A program made the translations under genes and the position numbers. Below are positions 34,915 to 44,705 of a DNA stretch of 64,000 nt, piece by piece. Location of the stretch: NCBI GenBank assembly GCA_965219685.1, contig CBDCOH010000002.1:3424001-3488000 (forward strand), in the 5' to 3' direction. The first letter of the stretch is position 1. Every line of letters begins with the position of its first letter. The notes below the pieces were generated by a model. The model was not told the origin of the DNA. It ran no database searches and saw only the letters and a program-made list of their open reading frames with translations. Origin of the DNA: Candidatus Spongiisociaceae bacterium. GTDB lineage: Bacteria; Actinomycetota; Acidimicrobiia; Spongiisociales; Spongiisociaceae.

Positions 34915-36822
34915 TCAGATGTCCAGGAACCGGACGTCTCCGGCGTTCTGCTGGATGAAGCTCTTGCGGGCGGCCACGTCTCCGCCCATGAGCGTCGAGA
35001 AGATCTGGTCGGCTTCGGCCGCGTCGACCATATCCACCTGCACGAGGGTACGGGTATCCGGATCAAGCGCGGTCTCGCCCAACTCGCCGTCGTTCATCTC
35101 ACCCAGACCCTTGAAACGGGTGGGCCGGGCCTTTCGGTGGCGTGTCTTGAAGGCCTCGAGGGCTGCATCGTCAGCCAGGTAGTGGACCTTCCTCCCGATC
35201 TTCACCCTGTACAGGGGCGGTACGGATATGTACACGAAGCCCGCCTCTATCAACGGACGCATGTGCCGGAAGAAGAAGGTGAGCAACAGCGTCCGGATGT
35301 GGGCCCCGTCCACATCGGCGTCCGTGAGCAGGATCACCTTGTGGTAGCGGGCCTTGCCTATCTCGAACTCCTCGCCGATCCCGGTACCGATCGCCGTTAT
35401 CAGCGCCTGGATCTCGTTGTTCTGGAGAGCCCGTGCAAGGCGTGCCTTCTCGACGTTCAGGATCTTCCCCCGGATCGGCAACACCGCCTGGAAACTCGAG
35501 TCCCGCCCGTTCTTCGCCGGACCCGCGGCCGAGTCACCCTCGACGATGAACAGTTCAGCGCGCTCGGGATCCCGCGACGAGCAGTCCACCAGCTTGCCCG
35601 GAAGCCGGGAGGAGTCGAGCAGCGACTTGCGGCGGATCACGTCCCGCACCTTGCGGGCGGCCTCCCTCGCGTGCTGCGCCTGGCGGGCCTTCTCCACGAC
35701 CCGGCGGGAGTCCTTCGAATGCCTCTCCAGCCACTCGGGGAGCATCCGGTTGAGGGTCTTCTGGACGTAACTCCTTATCTCGGTATTCCCCAACTTGGTC
35801 TTGGTCTGACCCTCGAACTGCGGGTTCCGCACCTTGATCGAGATCACCGCGGTCAGGCCCTCGCGCACGTCCTCCCCGCTCAGGTTGGCGTCCTTCTCCT
35901 TCAGCAGGTTCTTGGATCGCGCGAACTCGTTGATCGCCTTGGTCACCGCGGTCCGGAAGCCTTCCTCGTGGGTGCCGCCTTCGTGGGTATTGATGTTGTT
36001 GGCGAAGCTCAACACGTTCTCGCTGAACGAAGCCGTCCATTGCATTGCCACTTCCAACTCGGCCTCGGCGCTCTCGTTGTGCAGATACATCACGCGGCCG
36101 TGGAGAGGCTCCCTGGGGGCGTTGAGATGCAGGATGAAGTCCCGTATCCCACCCTTGTAACGGAACACGTCCGACTTTCCGCCATCGCGGTGGTCGGTCA
36201 GCCTTACCTCAAGGCCACGGTTGAGGAAGGCGAGCTCGCGCAGGCGTTGGGAGATAGTGTTGTAGCTGAAGGCGACGGTATCGGTGAATATCTCGGGGTC
36301 GGGCCAGAATGTGATGGTCGTCCTGGTGCGCCGGGCGGCGGGTCCCTTCTTCACCCGGGTCTCCGGCTTGCCCCGCTCGAAGGCCTGGGACCATCTGAAG
36401 CCATCCCGTACCACCTCAGCCTCGAGGCGTTGGGACAGCGCGTTGACGACCGACACCCCCACGCCGTGGAGCCCTCCGGAGACGGTGTAGGCACCTTCCT
36501 CGAACTTTCCCCCCGCGTGGAGGGTGGTGAGAACGGTGGTAAGGGCGGACCTGCGGGTTCGAGCATGCCTGGCCACCGGGATGCCACGCCCGTTGTCGGT
36601 GACCCGGCATCCCCCGTCGGCCTGCAGTTCCACATCGATGTGGCTGGCAAAGCCGGCCATCGCCTCGTCCACGGAGTTGTCCACCACCTCCCAGACGAGA
36701 TGGTGCAGGCCGCGCGGGCCTGTGGTGCCTATGTACATGCCCGGACGGCGCCGGACGGCCTCCAGACCTGGGAGGACCTTTATGTCCTTGGCGCCATAGC
36801 TCGACGCTTGCTTCGAAGTCAC
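34915..36822 (-). CDS. gyrB: DNA gyrase subunit B
   Basis: GLEAVRRRPGMYIG, EVVDNSVDE, SGGLHGVG, VEGDSA, PIRGKILN, DADVDG, RFKGLGEM. Confidence 0.97.
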   Translation of the reverse strand: MTSKQASSYGAKDIKVLPGLEAVRRRPGMYIGTTGPRGLHHLVWEVVDNSVDEAMAGFASHIDVELQADGGCRVTDNGRGIPVARHARTRRSALTTVLTTLHAGGKFEEGAYTVSGGLHGVGVSVVNALSQRLEAEVVRDGFRWSQAFERGKPETRVKKGPAARRTRTTITFWPDPEIFTDTVAFSYNTISQRLRELAFLNRGLEVRLTDHRDGGKSDVFRYKGGIRDFILHLNAPREPLHGRVMYLHNESAEAELEVAMQWTASFSENVLSFANNINTHEGGTHEEGFRTAVTKAINEFARSKNLLKEKDANLSGEDVREGLTAVISIKVRNPQFEGQTKTKLGNTEIRSYVQKTLNRMLPEWLERHSKDSRRVVEKARQAQHAREAARKVRDVIRRKSLLDSSRLPGKLVDCSSRDPERAELFIVEGDSAAGPAKNGRDSSFQAVLPIRGKILNVEKARLARALQNNEIQALITAIGTGIGEEFEIGKARYHKVILLTDADVDGAHIRTLLLTFFFRHMRPLIEAGFVYISVPPLYRVKIGRKVHYLADDAALEAFKTRHRKARPTRFKGLGEMNDGELGETALDPDTRTLVQVDMVDAAEADQIFSTLMGGDVAARKSFIQQNAGDVRFLDI

Positions 36823-36928
36823 GTCTCCCCTCGGTGATCCGCTCCGGCGGCCGGACTCTCCGCTGTTCCGACCGGGCCGGTAGCGCCGCCGCGCGGTGTT
36901 GTCCAGCCCGGAACGGCGGGTCGCTCCA

Positions 36929-36957
36929 ATTGTACTTCAAGGCCGTGACTTATCCAA
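36929..36957 (-). promoter_or_regulatory. Putative sigma70-type promoter for gyrB: TTGGAT-N17-TACAAT
   Basis: -35 at 36957-36952, -10 at 36934-36929, exact 17-bp spacer. Confidence 0.55.
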
Positions 36958-37025
36958 GGTTCTCCGTCAGGAGAGCCCCCCGGAAAAGCCCGTTGACCTG
37001 GCCTTTTACTCACGTTGTAAGGTTG

Positions 37026-37454
37026 CTACCAACCTTTTCTCCCCGTGGGGCCGACGACCCGTACCCTCGTCACGAACCCGTGACCGAAGTATCCGGCGAG
37101 GCGCTCCACGAGTTGGTCCGTGTCGTGCTGCAACCACCGGACGATTCGCCGATCGGCAGCCTCGACGAGCAACTCACCATGTCTTACCACGATCGGGGAC
37201 GCCCTGGAACCCCATCGGGCTCCGGCGAGTTCGGGCCAACGCTCGTTCAATTCCTCCAGCAAGGCGATCGGGGGCAGGCCGAGGCTGGAGGCAACTCGCT
37301 GGACGCCCTCGGCGACCGGAAACAATCCATCCTCCTCGTCCTCGGTCTCCTGGCCTTCTTCCCATATGAGCCGGACCACGCGTGCGGACAGGTCGTCCAA
37401 TCCCGCCAGCATCGCCTCCAGCTGCTCCGGCGACACCTGGCGGGTCACCGCCAC
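37026..37454 (-). CDS. DUF721 / DciA helicase loader-like protein
   Basis: Between recF and gyrB; RWPELAG...P.VVRHGELLVEA...W L. Confidence 0.75.
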   Translation of the reverse strand: MAVTRQVSPEQLEAMLAGLDDLSARVVRLIWEEGQETEDEEDGLFPVAEGVQRVASSLGLPPIALLEELNERWPELAGARWGSRASPIVVRHGELLVEAADRRIVRWLQHDTDQLVERLAGYFGHGFVTRVRVVGPTGRKGW

Positions 37455-38536
37455 ACTCCCCCGGTCAGCCGCCAGTTCCGTCCTTCGACCGGCACGTCCT
37501 CCTCGCGCGCGGTCGTGATGAACGTCTGGGTGGCCGGCAGGAACCTCGCCAGTGCCCTCGCCCGGTGGCGGTCGAGCTCGGAGAAGACATCATCGAGTAA
37601 CAGGAGGGGCTCCTCTGAGGTTGCATCCCGCACCGCCCTGTGGGCCGCCAACCGCAGCGCGAGAGTCAGGGTCCGCTGCTCTCCCTGGCTCGCCCTCAGC
37701 CGGGCGTCCCGCTCATCCAGCATCAGGACCACATCATCCCGGTGCGGTCCCACCGTCGACACCCGTCGTTCCAGATCCTTAGGTCGCGCTGCTTGCAGGG
37801 CCCCCCTGAGGGCACTTTCCCAGCCGGGCACGTCCCCCTCCAGTTCGGCGCCCCAACCGGAGCGGTACGCGACCGTCACCCGCGTCGCCTCCCCGGCCAG
37901 GTCCTGGTAGAACGCGCCCGCCCGCGGCTCGGTGGCGGCGACGGCCGCTTGGCGCCGCGCCATCATCCGCGCCCCGGCCGCCGCCACTCGCTCGTCCCAG
38001 ACATCCAAGGAGACCGGATCCGCCCGCCGGCCCATCTGCTTCAACAGGACGTTGCGCTGCCTGAGGGCCCGTTCGTATTCCTTCTGATCCCCGTACGCGC
38101 CCGGCCACAGTTGCACCGCGATCGCGTCCAGGAGATCCCGCCGGTGTGCCGGCCCCCGCTTCACCAGATCCAGGTCGTCGGGCAGGAACACGACGCTTCG
38201 CACCTTGCCCAGAAGGTCGGCCAGCCGAGTGAGGCGGGCACGATTCACCTGAGCCCGCCGCCTCCGTCCCGAAGGCAACTCGACCTCTATCAGCGTGGAC
38301 GTGTTCGCCGAGGCAACCTCCCCCCGTACCACCGCACGTTCCGCTCCCATCCTGATCAGGACCGCGTCCGGGACCTTCCGGAAGGAGCGGAGCGACGACA
38401 GGTACCCGATCGCCTCGAGCAGGTTGGTCTTGCCCGCCGCGTTCCTGGCGACCAGCACGTTGGTTCCGGGCGACGGCTCCCAGTGCAGCCGGCTGTAGCT
38501 ACGGAAGTCCGCCAGTTCTATCCACTTCAACTTCAT
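37445..38536 (-). CDS. recF: DNA replication/repair protein RecF
   Basis: FRSY, NAAGKTNLLEAI, QRNVLLK, GPHRDD, SQGEQR, LLLDDVFSELD. Confidence 0.97.
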   Translation of the reverse strand: MKLKWIELADFRSYSRLHWEPSPGTNVLVARNAAGKTNLLEAIGYLSSLRSFRKVPDAVLIRMGAERAVVRGEVASANTSTLIEVELPSGRRRRAQVNRARLTRLADLLGKVRSVVFLPDDLDLVKRGPAHRRDLLDAIAVQLWPGAYGDQKEYERALRQRNVLLKQMGRRADPVSLDVWDERVAAAGARMMARRQAAVAATEPRAGAFYQDLAGEATRVTVAYRSGWGAELEGDVPGWESALRGALQAARPKDLERRVSTVGPHRDDVVLMLDERDARLRASQGEQRTLTLALRLAAHRAVRDATSEEPLLLLDDVFSELDRHRARALARFLPATQTFITTAREEDVPVEGRNWRLTGGVWR

Positions 38537-38696
38537 CGGGTCGTCGTCCCGAAAGGAGATCCCCGCATCCCGCCCACCAGGCCACCCGATCCCCCGGGTG
38601 CTCCCGTTGAGTTGGACATACGCCTCGTGGCCGGCAGGGGGTGGCTCCGCCTACCCCGTCGTCGAACCGACCGGCACCAGGGGTGAGCGCGCCTGG

Positions 38697-39782
38697 TCAA
38701 ACACGTACCGGCATCAACAGGTAGAGGAAGTCCTCATGTCCCTCCGACCTGATGATGCTCGGCTTGAAGCTGTCCACCACCTCGACCTTCACCTCGTCCC
38801 CCTCCAAGGCCGAGACCCCGTCGCTCAGATAACGGGAGTTGAACGCGATGTCGACCTCGGCCGCCTCTCCGCGGTACTCCCCCGGGATTAGTTCGCTCTC
38901 CCCACCCACATCTCGCCGGCTGACCGCTATTTGGACCCCACCCTCGGTGAGCTTCAAGCGGATCGGTATGTGATCCTCCGCGACGAGGGAGGCTCTACCG
39001 ACGGCCTCCAGCAACCGGTCCCTCCGGAGGACGACCTCATTCGGGTAACTCTGTGGGAGGAGTTGGCGGTAGTTCGGAAAACTGCCTTCGATCAGCCGGA
39101 TGCTCAACGAGCCCCGCTCGGAGACAAAGACGACCTCGCGTTCGTGGATGGCCACGCTGATGACATCGGCGGCGACTGTACGGCCCAACTCTCGCAGGCC
39201 GCGCGCAGGCACCAGGCCGGACCCGCCCACCTCCGTATCGGCCAGGTCGCGCACGGCCAACCGGTAGCTGTCGGTCGCCACCAGCCGCAGACCACGGTCC
39301 CCGTCCTCTATCAGCACTCCCGTCAGGATTGGCCGGGCCGAGTCGTTGGAGGCAGCCACGGTCACCTGGCCAACGGCCGCCACCAGTGACTTCCCATCCA
39401 CCTCGACGGCCCCACCGAGATCCGGCTCCGCCAGATCCGGGTAGTCCTCCAAGGCCAGTTGCCGGATCGTGAATCGCGGACCGTTCCCGGATAGTTCGAC
39501 CTCACCGTCGTCCGAGCGGATGGTGATCGCACCCTCCGGCATCCGCCGGATCGCATCCGTCATCAGCCGACCCGGCACCACGAAGCTGCCCTCCTCCACC
39601 ACCTCGACTTCAACCGACGTCCTCACGGTGATCTCGGTGTCGCTTCCTGTCACTCGAAGCTTGCTACCGCCCGCCTGGCAGAGAACACCCCGTAGGATCG
39701 GCAGAGCCGTTTTGACGCCCACCGCTCGGTTGGCGCGACCGAAGGCCTCGGCCAGGTCATCACGATCAGCTCGGATATGCAC
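38697..39782 (-). CDS. dnaN: DNA polymerase III beta clamp
   Basis: LPILRGV, RPILTGV, VATDSYRLA, EGSFPNY, FNSRYL, YLLMPVR; start GTG 39782 after GAAAGGAA. Confidence 0.95.
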   Translation of the reverse strand: MHIRADRDDLAEAFGRANRAVGVKTALPILRGVLCQAGGSKLRVTGSDTEITVRTSVEVEVVEEGSFVVPGRLMTDAIRRMPEGAITIRSDDGEVELSGNGPRFTIRQLALEDYPDLAEPDLGGAVEVDGKSLVAAVGQVTVAASNDSARPILTGVLIEDGDRGLRLVATDSYRLAVRDLADTEVGGSGLVPARGLRELGRTVAADVISVAIHEREVVFVSERGSLSIRLIEGSFPNYRQLLPQSYPNEVVLRRDRLLEAVGRASLVAEDHIPIRLKLTEGGVQIAVSRRDVGGESELIPGEYRGEAAEVDIAFNSRYLSDGVSALEGDEVKVEVVDSFKPSIIRSEGHEDFLYLLMPVRV

Positions 39783-39807
39783 GGCTTGTCCGGTTCCTTT
39801 CTCGACA

Positions 39808-39975
39808 TTGGTTTCTTGTTTTAAATCTAGTTGTAGTGGTAGGGGCTGTGGATTGGGGATAGAGAGGGTGTTCTCCCTGGTCGACGGTGGTTCTGGTTTC
39901 ACCGGTCGGTGTGGAGAAGAACGGGTGCCCTGCGGATGGCGTGACGCGGGGCTGGGGGCGGCTGGGGAAAAGACC
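39808..39975. other. oriC unwinding region (dnaA-dnaN intergenic)
   Basis: AT-rich tract, TAG-TTG-TAG-TGG-TAG trios (39828-39842), GGGC, then DnaA-box-like TGTGGATTG 39847, TGGGGATAG 39854, TGTGGAGAA 39910, TGCGGATGG 39931, TGGGGAAAA 39963. Confidence 0.75.
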
Positions 39976-39977
39976 CG

Positions 39978-41336
39978 TCATGGTGCCCAGAGTTTTTCCG
40001 ACAGCCGGGCGATAGCCCCGGCCGTTTCCGGCTCGGACGTGATCAGTTTTCCGATCTTGTCGATAGCGTGGCTCACGGTTGAATGGTCTCGGCCGCCGAA
40101 GAGCTTGCCGATCTTGGGTAGTGACAGGTCCGTGAGGCTGCGGCAAAGGTACATGGCGGAGTGACGGGCCAGTACTACCGGCCCGCGCCGGCTGGGACCT
40201 TGCAGATCCGCAACCGAGAATCCGTGTGTGGCCGCGGTCATGGCGAGGATCTCGGGGCCGGTCGGTGGCCGGCCGGGATTAGCGGGGATGAGATCGCGGA
40301 GTTGATCCTTCGCCAGGTCCAGTGTTATCCGCTGGTCGGTGAGTGCTGCGTAAGCGGTTACGCGCGTGAGCGCTCCTTCGAGTTCGCGAATGTTGTCCGT
40401 GACGTGCTGTGCAATGAACTCGAGCACCATCGCGGGAACCGGAGTGGGGGCGTAGTCGGCGTTTCGCTGCAGGATCGCGAGCCGGGTCTCGACATCCGGC
40501 GGCCCGATGTCGGCGAGCAGTCCCCATTGGAAACGCGACCGGAGGCGATCCTCGATGCCCAGATCCTTGGGTGGCCTGTCGCAGGAGAGGACGATCTGGC
40601 GGTCCAGATCGTAGAGGGTGTTGAAGGTATGGAAGACCTCCTCGAGTACCTGCTCCTTGCCCTGGAAGAACTGGACGTCGTCCAGCAACAGCAGATCGAT
40701 GGAACGGTAGCGTTGCTTGAACGCATCCATACGTTTACGACGGATCCCGTCGACGAATTCGTTGAAGAAGTTCTCCGAGTTTATGTAGCGCACGGAGGCT
40801 GACGGTCGGTGGGTTCGAGCATGGTGCCCTATGGCATGGAGCAGGTGTGTCTTGCCGAGGCCGGCGCCTCCGTAGATGAACAGCGGGTTGTAGTGCTGTC
40901 CGGGCTTGTCCGCGACCGCCTTGGCGGCCGCCCGGGCGAGGCGGTTCGACTGGCCTACCACGTAGGTGTCGAAGACGTATTTTCTCTCGAACCGGGAAGT
41001 GGAGGTCGGTCCGGCCTCGGTCCGGTCCGTCAAGTCTGTCTGGACGGCCGGTACAGGCTCGCCGCGGGGTGACTCGGTCGGCGCCGGTTCGTCGACGGCG
41101 TAATGGACGACCACCTCAGGTCCGAGGTGGTCGGCAGCCAGGGACTCGATCACATCCCGGTAGTGGTCCTGAAGCCAGTGCAGATGGAAGTCCGAGGGAG
41201 CGACCACCTGAAGGGTCTGATCGGTGAACTCTATCCGGACGGCCGAGAACCAGGTTGTCCACTTGCTGGGAGCGACGATGGATCTCAGATTGGCTACGAA
41301 TCGAGCATTGCCGGTGACGCTATGTGCTTCTGTCAC
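39978..41336 (-). CDS. dnaA: Chromosomal replication initiator DnaA
   Basis: YNPLFIYGGAGLGKTHLL, LLLDDVQF, RLRSRF, NIRELEGAL, GGRDHSTV. Confidence 0.98.
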   Translation of the reverse strand: MTEAHSVTGNARFVANLRSIVAPSKWTTWFSAVRIEFTDQTLQVVAPSDFHLHWLQDHYRDVIESLAADHLGPEVVVHYAVDEPAPTESPRGEPVPAVQTDLTDRTEAGPTSTSRFERKYVFDTYVVGQSNRLARAAAKAVADKPGQHYNPLFIYGGAGLGKTHLLHAIGHHARTHRPSASVRYINSENFFNEFVDGIRRKRMDAFKQRYRSIDLLLLDDVQFFQGKEQVLEEVFHTFNTLYDLDRQIVLSCDRPPKDLGIEDRLRSRFQWGLLADIGPPDVETRLAILQRNADYAPTPVPAMVLEFIAQHVTDNIRELEGALTRVTAYAALTDQRITLDLAKDQLRDLIPANPGRPPTGPEILAMTAATHGFSVADLQGPSRRGPVVLARHSAMYLCRSLTDLSLPKIGKLFGGRDHSTVSHAIDKIGKLITSEPETAGAIARLSEKLWAP

Positions 41337-41372
41337 GTCTCGCGGCCCCTCCTGCAGCCTAAGGGTAAGGTG

Positions 41373-41404
41373 TTATCCACGTAGATATCCACGGTTGTGG
41401 ATAA
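41373..41404. promoter_or_regulatory. DnaA-box cluster upstream of dnaA
   Basis: TTATCCACG 41373, ATATCCACG 41385, perfect TGTGGATAA 41396; further TGTGGATTG at 41829. Confidence 0.85.
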
Positions 41405-41939
41405 AGCCCTCACCTGACTATCTACTCCGCCCCGCCGACCCTGCTCTCACTCCGTGACTTGCCTCAGTGCCGGGTGCTCCCTCACCCGCGCCCCTGGGAA
41501 ATTATCGGGTGCCGACTGGGTACGTTTCCAATCATACGCGGTCGGACAGGGCTGCCCGGGACACGCGGAGTTGCCATGCTGAACTTCGAGTCCTTGTCTA
41601 CCCGGAGGTAAACCCCCAGGTAAACAGCCCTTTCATGAGTGCCGCCGGCCATGGCTCCGAATGTGGTGGTGATCGCTGGGTCAAGGATTTTCTTCGCGTT
41701 CCGGGTAGTCGGGACCGTCTCCCGACGAGTCACGCAACGGTGAGGGCGGGCCACCGGTTGCGGCGACGCACGGCCATGGGAGGGTGGCGGAGAGTGGCAC
41801 CCTTGCAAATCGTCGGCCAGAGCCGTATTGTGGATTGCTGCCGCGCGACCCTTGAGGGTGTCCCGCAATCGAACCGGTCGTAACCGGCGCTCGCGGGGGT
41901 CGCCCCAACCTCTGGGTTCCCCGAGTAGAAGAATTCCCC

Positions 41940-42074
41940 ATGAAGCGTACTTACCAACCCAACAACCGCCGCAGGAAGCGCAAGCACGGGTTCCGCCGCC
42001 GGGCGAGTACCCGTCAGGGACGAGCCATTCTGAAGCGACGCCGCAGGAAAGGACGTCGTCGGCTGGCCGCGTGA
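41940..42074 (+). CDS. rpmH: 50S ribosomal protein L34
   Basis: Manual translation [44 protein letters not shown]. Confidence 0.97.
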   Translation: MKRTYQPNNRRRKRKHGFRRRASTRQGRAILKRRRRKGRRRLAA

Positions 42075-42237
42075 CCCGGCCTGTCCGCTCGGCCCGCTAA
42101 ACGATGACGACGAGGTGCCATGCGGCGCTGCGCCGGCTCCTTCCCGCTCGTGCGGGGTGGCCCAAATCGCCGGCCGGGCTTCCGACGTGGACGGCGTCGG
42201 AAGCGGAAGAACGCTTCCCGAGGGCCGGAGGTGGCTC

Positions 42238-42570
42238 GTGTTCGCCAGCTTGAGCGGCTCGCGCGCCTTCGATCGTGTCCTACGAAGCGGGGTCCGGTGC
42301 CGCCGCGGGGGTATTACGGTAGTGGGGCTGGAACGGGGATCCGGCCCGGCCCGGGTGGGGCTGGTGGTCGGACGTCGGGTGGGCAAGGCCGTGGAACGGA
42401 ACCGAGTGAAACGCCGTCTCCGGGCCGGTTTGCGGGAGAGCGGTTTGGAGGATGGCATCGATTACGTCGTGATAGGTAGGGCGGCGGTCGCCGGTGTACC
42501 GTTTCGTACGTTGCGCGCGTGGCTGCGGGAGGCGGTCGCGGTGATCGGCTCGGGAAAGAAAGGCCAGTGA
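42238..42570 (+). CDS. rnpA: Ribonuclease P protein component
   Basis: RVGLVVGRRVGKAVERNRVKRRLR; GTG 42238 after GGAGG. Confidence 0.9.
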   Translation: MFASLSGSRAFDRVLRSGVRCRRGGITVVGLERGSGPARVGLVVGRRVGKAVERNRVKRRLRAGLRESGLEDGIDYVVIGRAAVAGVPFRTLRAWLREAVAVIGSGKKGQ

Positions 42571-42833
42571 TGGAAGTCCGATCATCAGCACGGATACCGA
42601 GCCCGCTGGCGCTCGTGGGGAGGTCGCTGATCGTGCTGTACCAGCACACGGTGGGTCCCATGATCCCGAGTTCGTGCCGCTTCGTGCCGTCGTGCTCACG
42701 CTACGCGCATGACGCGCTGGGGACACATGGGTTCTTCAAGGGCACGTGGCTCGCCACCAAGAGAATCGGCCGCTGCCACCCCTTCGCGGGTGGAGGTTTC
42801 GATCCGGTTCCCGAGCGTGAGGCCGGGTCGTGA
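42570..42833 (+). CDS. yidD: Membrane protein insertion efficiency factor
   Basis: YQ...CRFVPSCSRYA..A...HG..KG.WL...RIGRCHPF..GGFDPVP. Confidence 0.95.
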   Translation: MEVRSSARIPSPLALVGRSLIVLYQHTVGPMIPSSCRFVPSCSRYAHDALGTHGFFKGTWLATKRIGRCHPFAGGGFDPVPEREAGS

Positions 42834-43669
42834 GCGAACTGTGGAACGGCCTCCAAGCTGGCTTGGGCGGCGTCCTTTCGTTCTTCTATGACCTTGTACC
42901 CAACTATGGTATAGCCATCATCCTGTTAACTATCGTAGTTAACTTATTAGTATTTCCGCTCACGTTGAAGCAGGTGCGCTCGACCCGTGCCATGCAGGAG
43001 CTGCAACCCGAGATGGAGCGTATCCGGCGCGAGCATCAGGGTGATCAGCAGGCGATGAACGAGAAGGTGATGGAGCTCTACAAGCAGAGGGGTGTGAGCC
43101 CGTTCGGCTGCTTTCTCCCCTTGCTGGTGCAGATGCCCATCTGGTTCGCGCTGTTCCGGGTTCTGAGAGAGCCCGCGAGTAGCCTGCCGTCCGGGTCGAC
43201 GTTGCTGGAGGCGGCGGGAGAGGGGACCCTGCGATTCTTGACGATGGACCTGGACTTGGCTCCGTCGGAGGTCGTAGGCACGGAGGGCCTGTTCTCGCTC
43301 ACCACCATTCCGTACCTCTTGCTGGTTGGGGTCGTTGTGGCGACCGGTTTCCTGCAGCAGAAGCTGCTCAGTCCCCCAGGCCAGGCTCAGAGCACGAACC
43401 CACAGGCCGAGACCGTTCAGCGGGTTACGAAGATCCTGCCGTTCGTGTTCGGTGCGATTTCCTATGTGTGGCCGTCCGGTCTGAACCTCTACTTCGCTAC
43501 CAGCAACTTGTTTCGCACTGCCCAGCAACTGCTCATATTCAAGATCGATGGCAGGCCGGGCACGACGAGCGGTGAGATAAGGCCGGCCCCGGAGCCGCCA
43601 GAAGACGGCAGCAAGCCGTCGAAACCCCAGGGCTCGCGGAAGAAGCGGCGCCGACGGAGGAGAAGGTAA
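42830..43669 (+). CDS. yidC: YidC/Oxa1 membrane insertase
   Basis: YGIAIILLT, MQELQP, GCFLPLLVQMPIW, GLNLYF. Confidence 0.95.
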   Translation: MSELWNGLQAGLGGVLSFFYDLVPNYGIAIILLTIVVNLLVFPLTLKQVRSTRAMQELQPEMERIRREHQGDQQAMNEKVMELYKQRGVSPFGCFLPLLVQMPIWFALFRVLREPASSLPSGSTLLEAAGEGTLRFLTMDLDLAPSEVVGTEGLFSLTTIPYLLLVGVVVATGFLQQKLLSPPGQAQSTNPQAETVQRVTKILPFVFGAISYVWPSGLNLYFATSNLFRTAQQLLIFKIDGRPGTTSGEIRPAPEPPEDGSKPSKPQGSRKKRRRRRRR

Positions 43670-43674
43670 GAAAG

Positions 43675-44565
43675 ATGGTCGAGTGGGTCGAGGTAAAGGG
43701 CATATCGGTCGAGGTTGCGGTCAAGGCAGCGCTTGAAGAACTCGGGATAGAGGACGAGTCACGCGCCGAAGTGAAGGTGCTGCAGGAGCCGCAGCGCGGC
43801 TTCCTCGGCATCGGACGGCAGGACGCGATAGTGCGGGTGAAGCCGGGCCGGAAGCGGAAACGCTCGCGTAAGGGCTCGAAGTCCACGAAGAAGAAGCGCC
43901 CGTCCGGGCAATCGACTCCGAAGAAGAAGCACCCGCCCCAGAAGAAGTCCGGCGGTAAGGCGGCGCCGAAGGCTAAGAAACCTGCGGGCGGCCATGAACG
44001 GAGCAAGGCGCGTGGTGGCCGGCGATCAGGGCCCGGGCGCAAGGCAGGCGGTGATCGAGTTGCGGAAAGAGAGGTCAAAACCATGGTTGGCGATGAGCGG
44101 ACGGCACAGGTCGTAGGAGATGAGCAGGCCGCTGTGGTGAAGGACTTTCTCAGCGGGCTGCTGAACGAGTTCGGACTAGAAGGGCAAGTGGAGACGAGGT
44201 TCGATGGCCGGATCCTCCACGCCAACGTTATCGGCGACCAGACCGAAGCCCTCATAGGTCCCAAGGCATCCGTCATGCAGTCGGTGCACGAGTTGACGAA
44301 GACGGTGGTCCAGCGACGGACAGCTAGGAACTGCCGGTTGCGGCTCGATATCGCGGGCTACGGAGAGAGGCGGCGCCGGGCGCTGGCAATCTACGCTGGT
44401 CAACTAGCTGAACAGGTTCTTGGCGAAGGCGGGGAAATCATGCTGGAGCCCATGAACGCTGCTGATCGCAAGGTGGTCCACGACGCGGTCGCTGGAGTTG
44501 ACGGGGTCAGATCCTACTCGGAAGGGGTCGAGCCGCGCCGTTCGGTAGTCATCTCGCTGGAGTAG
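43675..44565 (+). CDS. jag: Jag/EloR (KhpB) RNA-binding protein with long Lys-rich linker
   Basis: Jag_N (GISVEVAVKAAL..L, RGFLGIG), KH-like LIG.K, R3H PMNAADRKVVHD...SEGVEPRRSVVI. Confidence 0.9.
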   Translation: MVEWVEVKGISVEVAVKAALEELGIEDESRAEVKVLQEPQRGFLGIGRQDAIVRVKPGRKRKRSRKGSKSTKKKRPSGQSTPKKKHPPQKKSGGKAAPKAKKPAGGHERSKARGGRRSGPGRKAGGDRVAEREVKTMVGDERTAQVVGDEQAAVVKDFLSGLLNEFGLEGQVETRFDGRILHANVIGDQTEALIGPKASVMQSVHELTKTVVQRRTARNCRLRLDIAGYGERRRRALAIYAGQLAEQVLGEGGEIMLEPMNAADRKVVHDAVAGVDGVRSYSEGVEPRRSVVISLE

Positions 44566-44624
44566 CCAGCGCGAAGGCAGGGATCCGTCCGGCTGTGGGT
44601 GCTCTACACCTGCTCTAGAAGTTT

Positions 44625-44644
44625 GAGGTTTCACGTGAAACCTC
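44625..44644. promoter_or_regulatory. parS centromere site
   Basis: Perfect 20-bp palindrome GAGGTTTCACGTGAAACCTC containing consensus GTTTCACGTGAAAC, just upstream of parA. Confidence 0.92.
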
Positions 44645-44705
44645 CGGGCAGTGGACGGGCCGGGTTCGTTGCACCTGGATCCCGCATCGGTATGATGGCG
44701 ACAGT

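Noticed and set aside
32665-36837. Long plus-strand ORFs (642 aa, 566 aa) and similar ones at 28251 and 15644
   Set aside because: Typical high-GC antisense shadows of gyrA, gyrB, the ABC ATPase and cobT; no motifs.
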